Part shown: positions 62,690 through 64,000 of the stretch, in pieces
How the letters are laid out: the number at the start of each line of letters is the position of its first letter
Position numbering within the stretch: the first letter of the stretch is position 1
Assembly: GCF_020745735.1 (NCBI RefSeq)
Contig: NC_083418.1
Coordinates: 6,173,374-6,237,373, forward strand
Source of the DNA: Hemiscyllium ocellatum
Lineage: Eukaryota
Direction: 5' to 3'
DNA length: 64,000 bases
Notes under the pieces: generated by a model
The model's database searches: none
What the model was told of the DNA's origin: nothing
Seen by the model: the letters and a program-made list of their open reading frames with translations, nothing else
Position numbers and translations under genes: made by a program

Positions 62690-63530
62690 ATTGTATATAA
62701 GTTAAAGTTCTTAATTGGACTAGGGCAAATTTTGATAGTATGAGACAAAAACTTTCAAGGGATGATTGGAGTAGACTGATTGCAGCTCAAGGGACGGCCG
62801 ATAAGAGTGAGGCTTTCAGAAGTTAGCGTGAAGATAAGGCTGGTAAGAGGAGGGAACATTGGAGGAATAAAGATATTGAAGCTCTGGTTCACATTAAGAA
62901 TGAATCATATATTAGATGTAGATAAATGAGATCAAGTGAATCTCGAAGAGTACAAGAGGTGCAGGAACATTCTAAAGAGGGAAATGAGGAGGGCAAGAAA
63001 GGAAAATGAGATAGCCTTGGGAGTTAATGTTAAAGATAATCCAAAGAGATTCGACTAGTACATTAAGAGCAAAGGGGTAGATCATAGAGTCATAGAGATG
63101 TAAAATTTCGGAACAGATCTTTCAGTCTCACTTGCCCATGCTTACCAGATATCCTAAACTAATCTAGACTCATTTGCCAATACTTGGCCCATATCCCTCT
63201 AAGCCCTTCCTATTCGTATACACACTCAGATGCCTTTTAAATTTGAAATTGCACCAGCCTCCACCACTTCCTCTGGCAGTTCATTCCATACACACCATCC
63301 TCTGCATGAAAAAGTTACTCCTTAGGTACTTTCAACTTTTTCCCCTCTCATTCTAAACCTATACTCATGAGTATAGGTTTAGAGGAGACTCCACCCATCC
63401 CAGGGAAAAGACCTTGTCTATTCACTCTATCCATGCCTCTGATGATTTTATAAACCTTTATGAAGTCACGCCTCAGCCTCCAACGCTCCATACAAATCAC
63501 CCCAAGCCTATTTAGCCTCTCCCTATATAA
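62690..63530. mobile_element. CR1 fragments: + strand ORF2 remnant (~62690-63080) and - strand 3' end (~63080-63530)
   Basis: KDNPKRFD.YIKSK-like segment, CATAGAGTCATAGAG tail, and reverse-strand YRERLNRLG...RRLRRDFIKVYKIIRG (ORF 63348-63575). Confidence 0.75.
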
Positions 63531-64000
63531 CTCTACATGGCTGTGAATATGTATAAGCTTAGAGGGATAGCTCATAAATCATGTTGCATTTTATATAAAT
63601 GCTGTTTTTTAAGAATAATTTAGTTTAAAACTGAAGATGGGTACCTTTTCAATTTCATATCAATAGCACAGAAATACCTGTGGAAATAAATGCAACAAAA
63701 AAAAGGACAAAAAGTTATTGCACTATGGATCATCTCACCATATCATTCGTCTAAAAAATAATTCCCTGTTTTGACCGTGAAGTGAATAGAGTCTATTAAT
63801 TAGTCCTGTGTTTGTAATAATTGTCATCTATCTGTCATTCTACGTTTAGTTGTTATAGTTAACATGTGGATTACTGCACCTCTCTAAAAATTCAAAACAA
63901 AATAAAGTAAAACTGCAAATTAAATATTGCATCTAATTACGACAAAAAAATTAGCAATTCAATGACACCAAATTGGAAAGGACTGTTGAAATTTAGCCAA

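Overview
Vertebrate (cartilaginous fish, shark-type) genomic DNA, not microbial. Bases 1-~23,712 are a tandem satellite of ~537-556 bp monomers (~43 copies). It flips orientation at ~4,754, forms a near-perfect inverted duplication with arms of at least 4.6 kb (1-~4,597 vs ~5,033-9,631) and shows higher-order structure. Bases ~23.8-38.8 kb are rich in retroelements (CR1 LINEs, Penelope-like RT, HE1-type SINEs) and contain an unexplained ~580 bp inverted-repeat pair. Bases ~38.9-60.9 kb hold one complete shark-type IgM heavy-chain cluster on the + strand in germline (unjoined) configuration: promoter, leader, VH, D1, D2, JH, CH1-CH4 with secretory tail, TM1 and TM2. The cluster looks pseudogenised. 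VH has a frameshift, a stop and a broken RSS heptamer, CH2 has a frameshift, CH3 has a splice-phase mismatch, TM1 has polar substitutions and TM2 has lost its stop. D2, JH and CH1 remain intact. All coordinates and comparisons were read by eye, with no alignments or database searches, and repeat boundaries are approximate.
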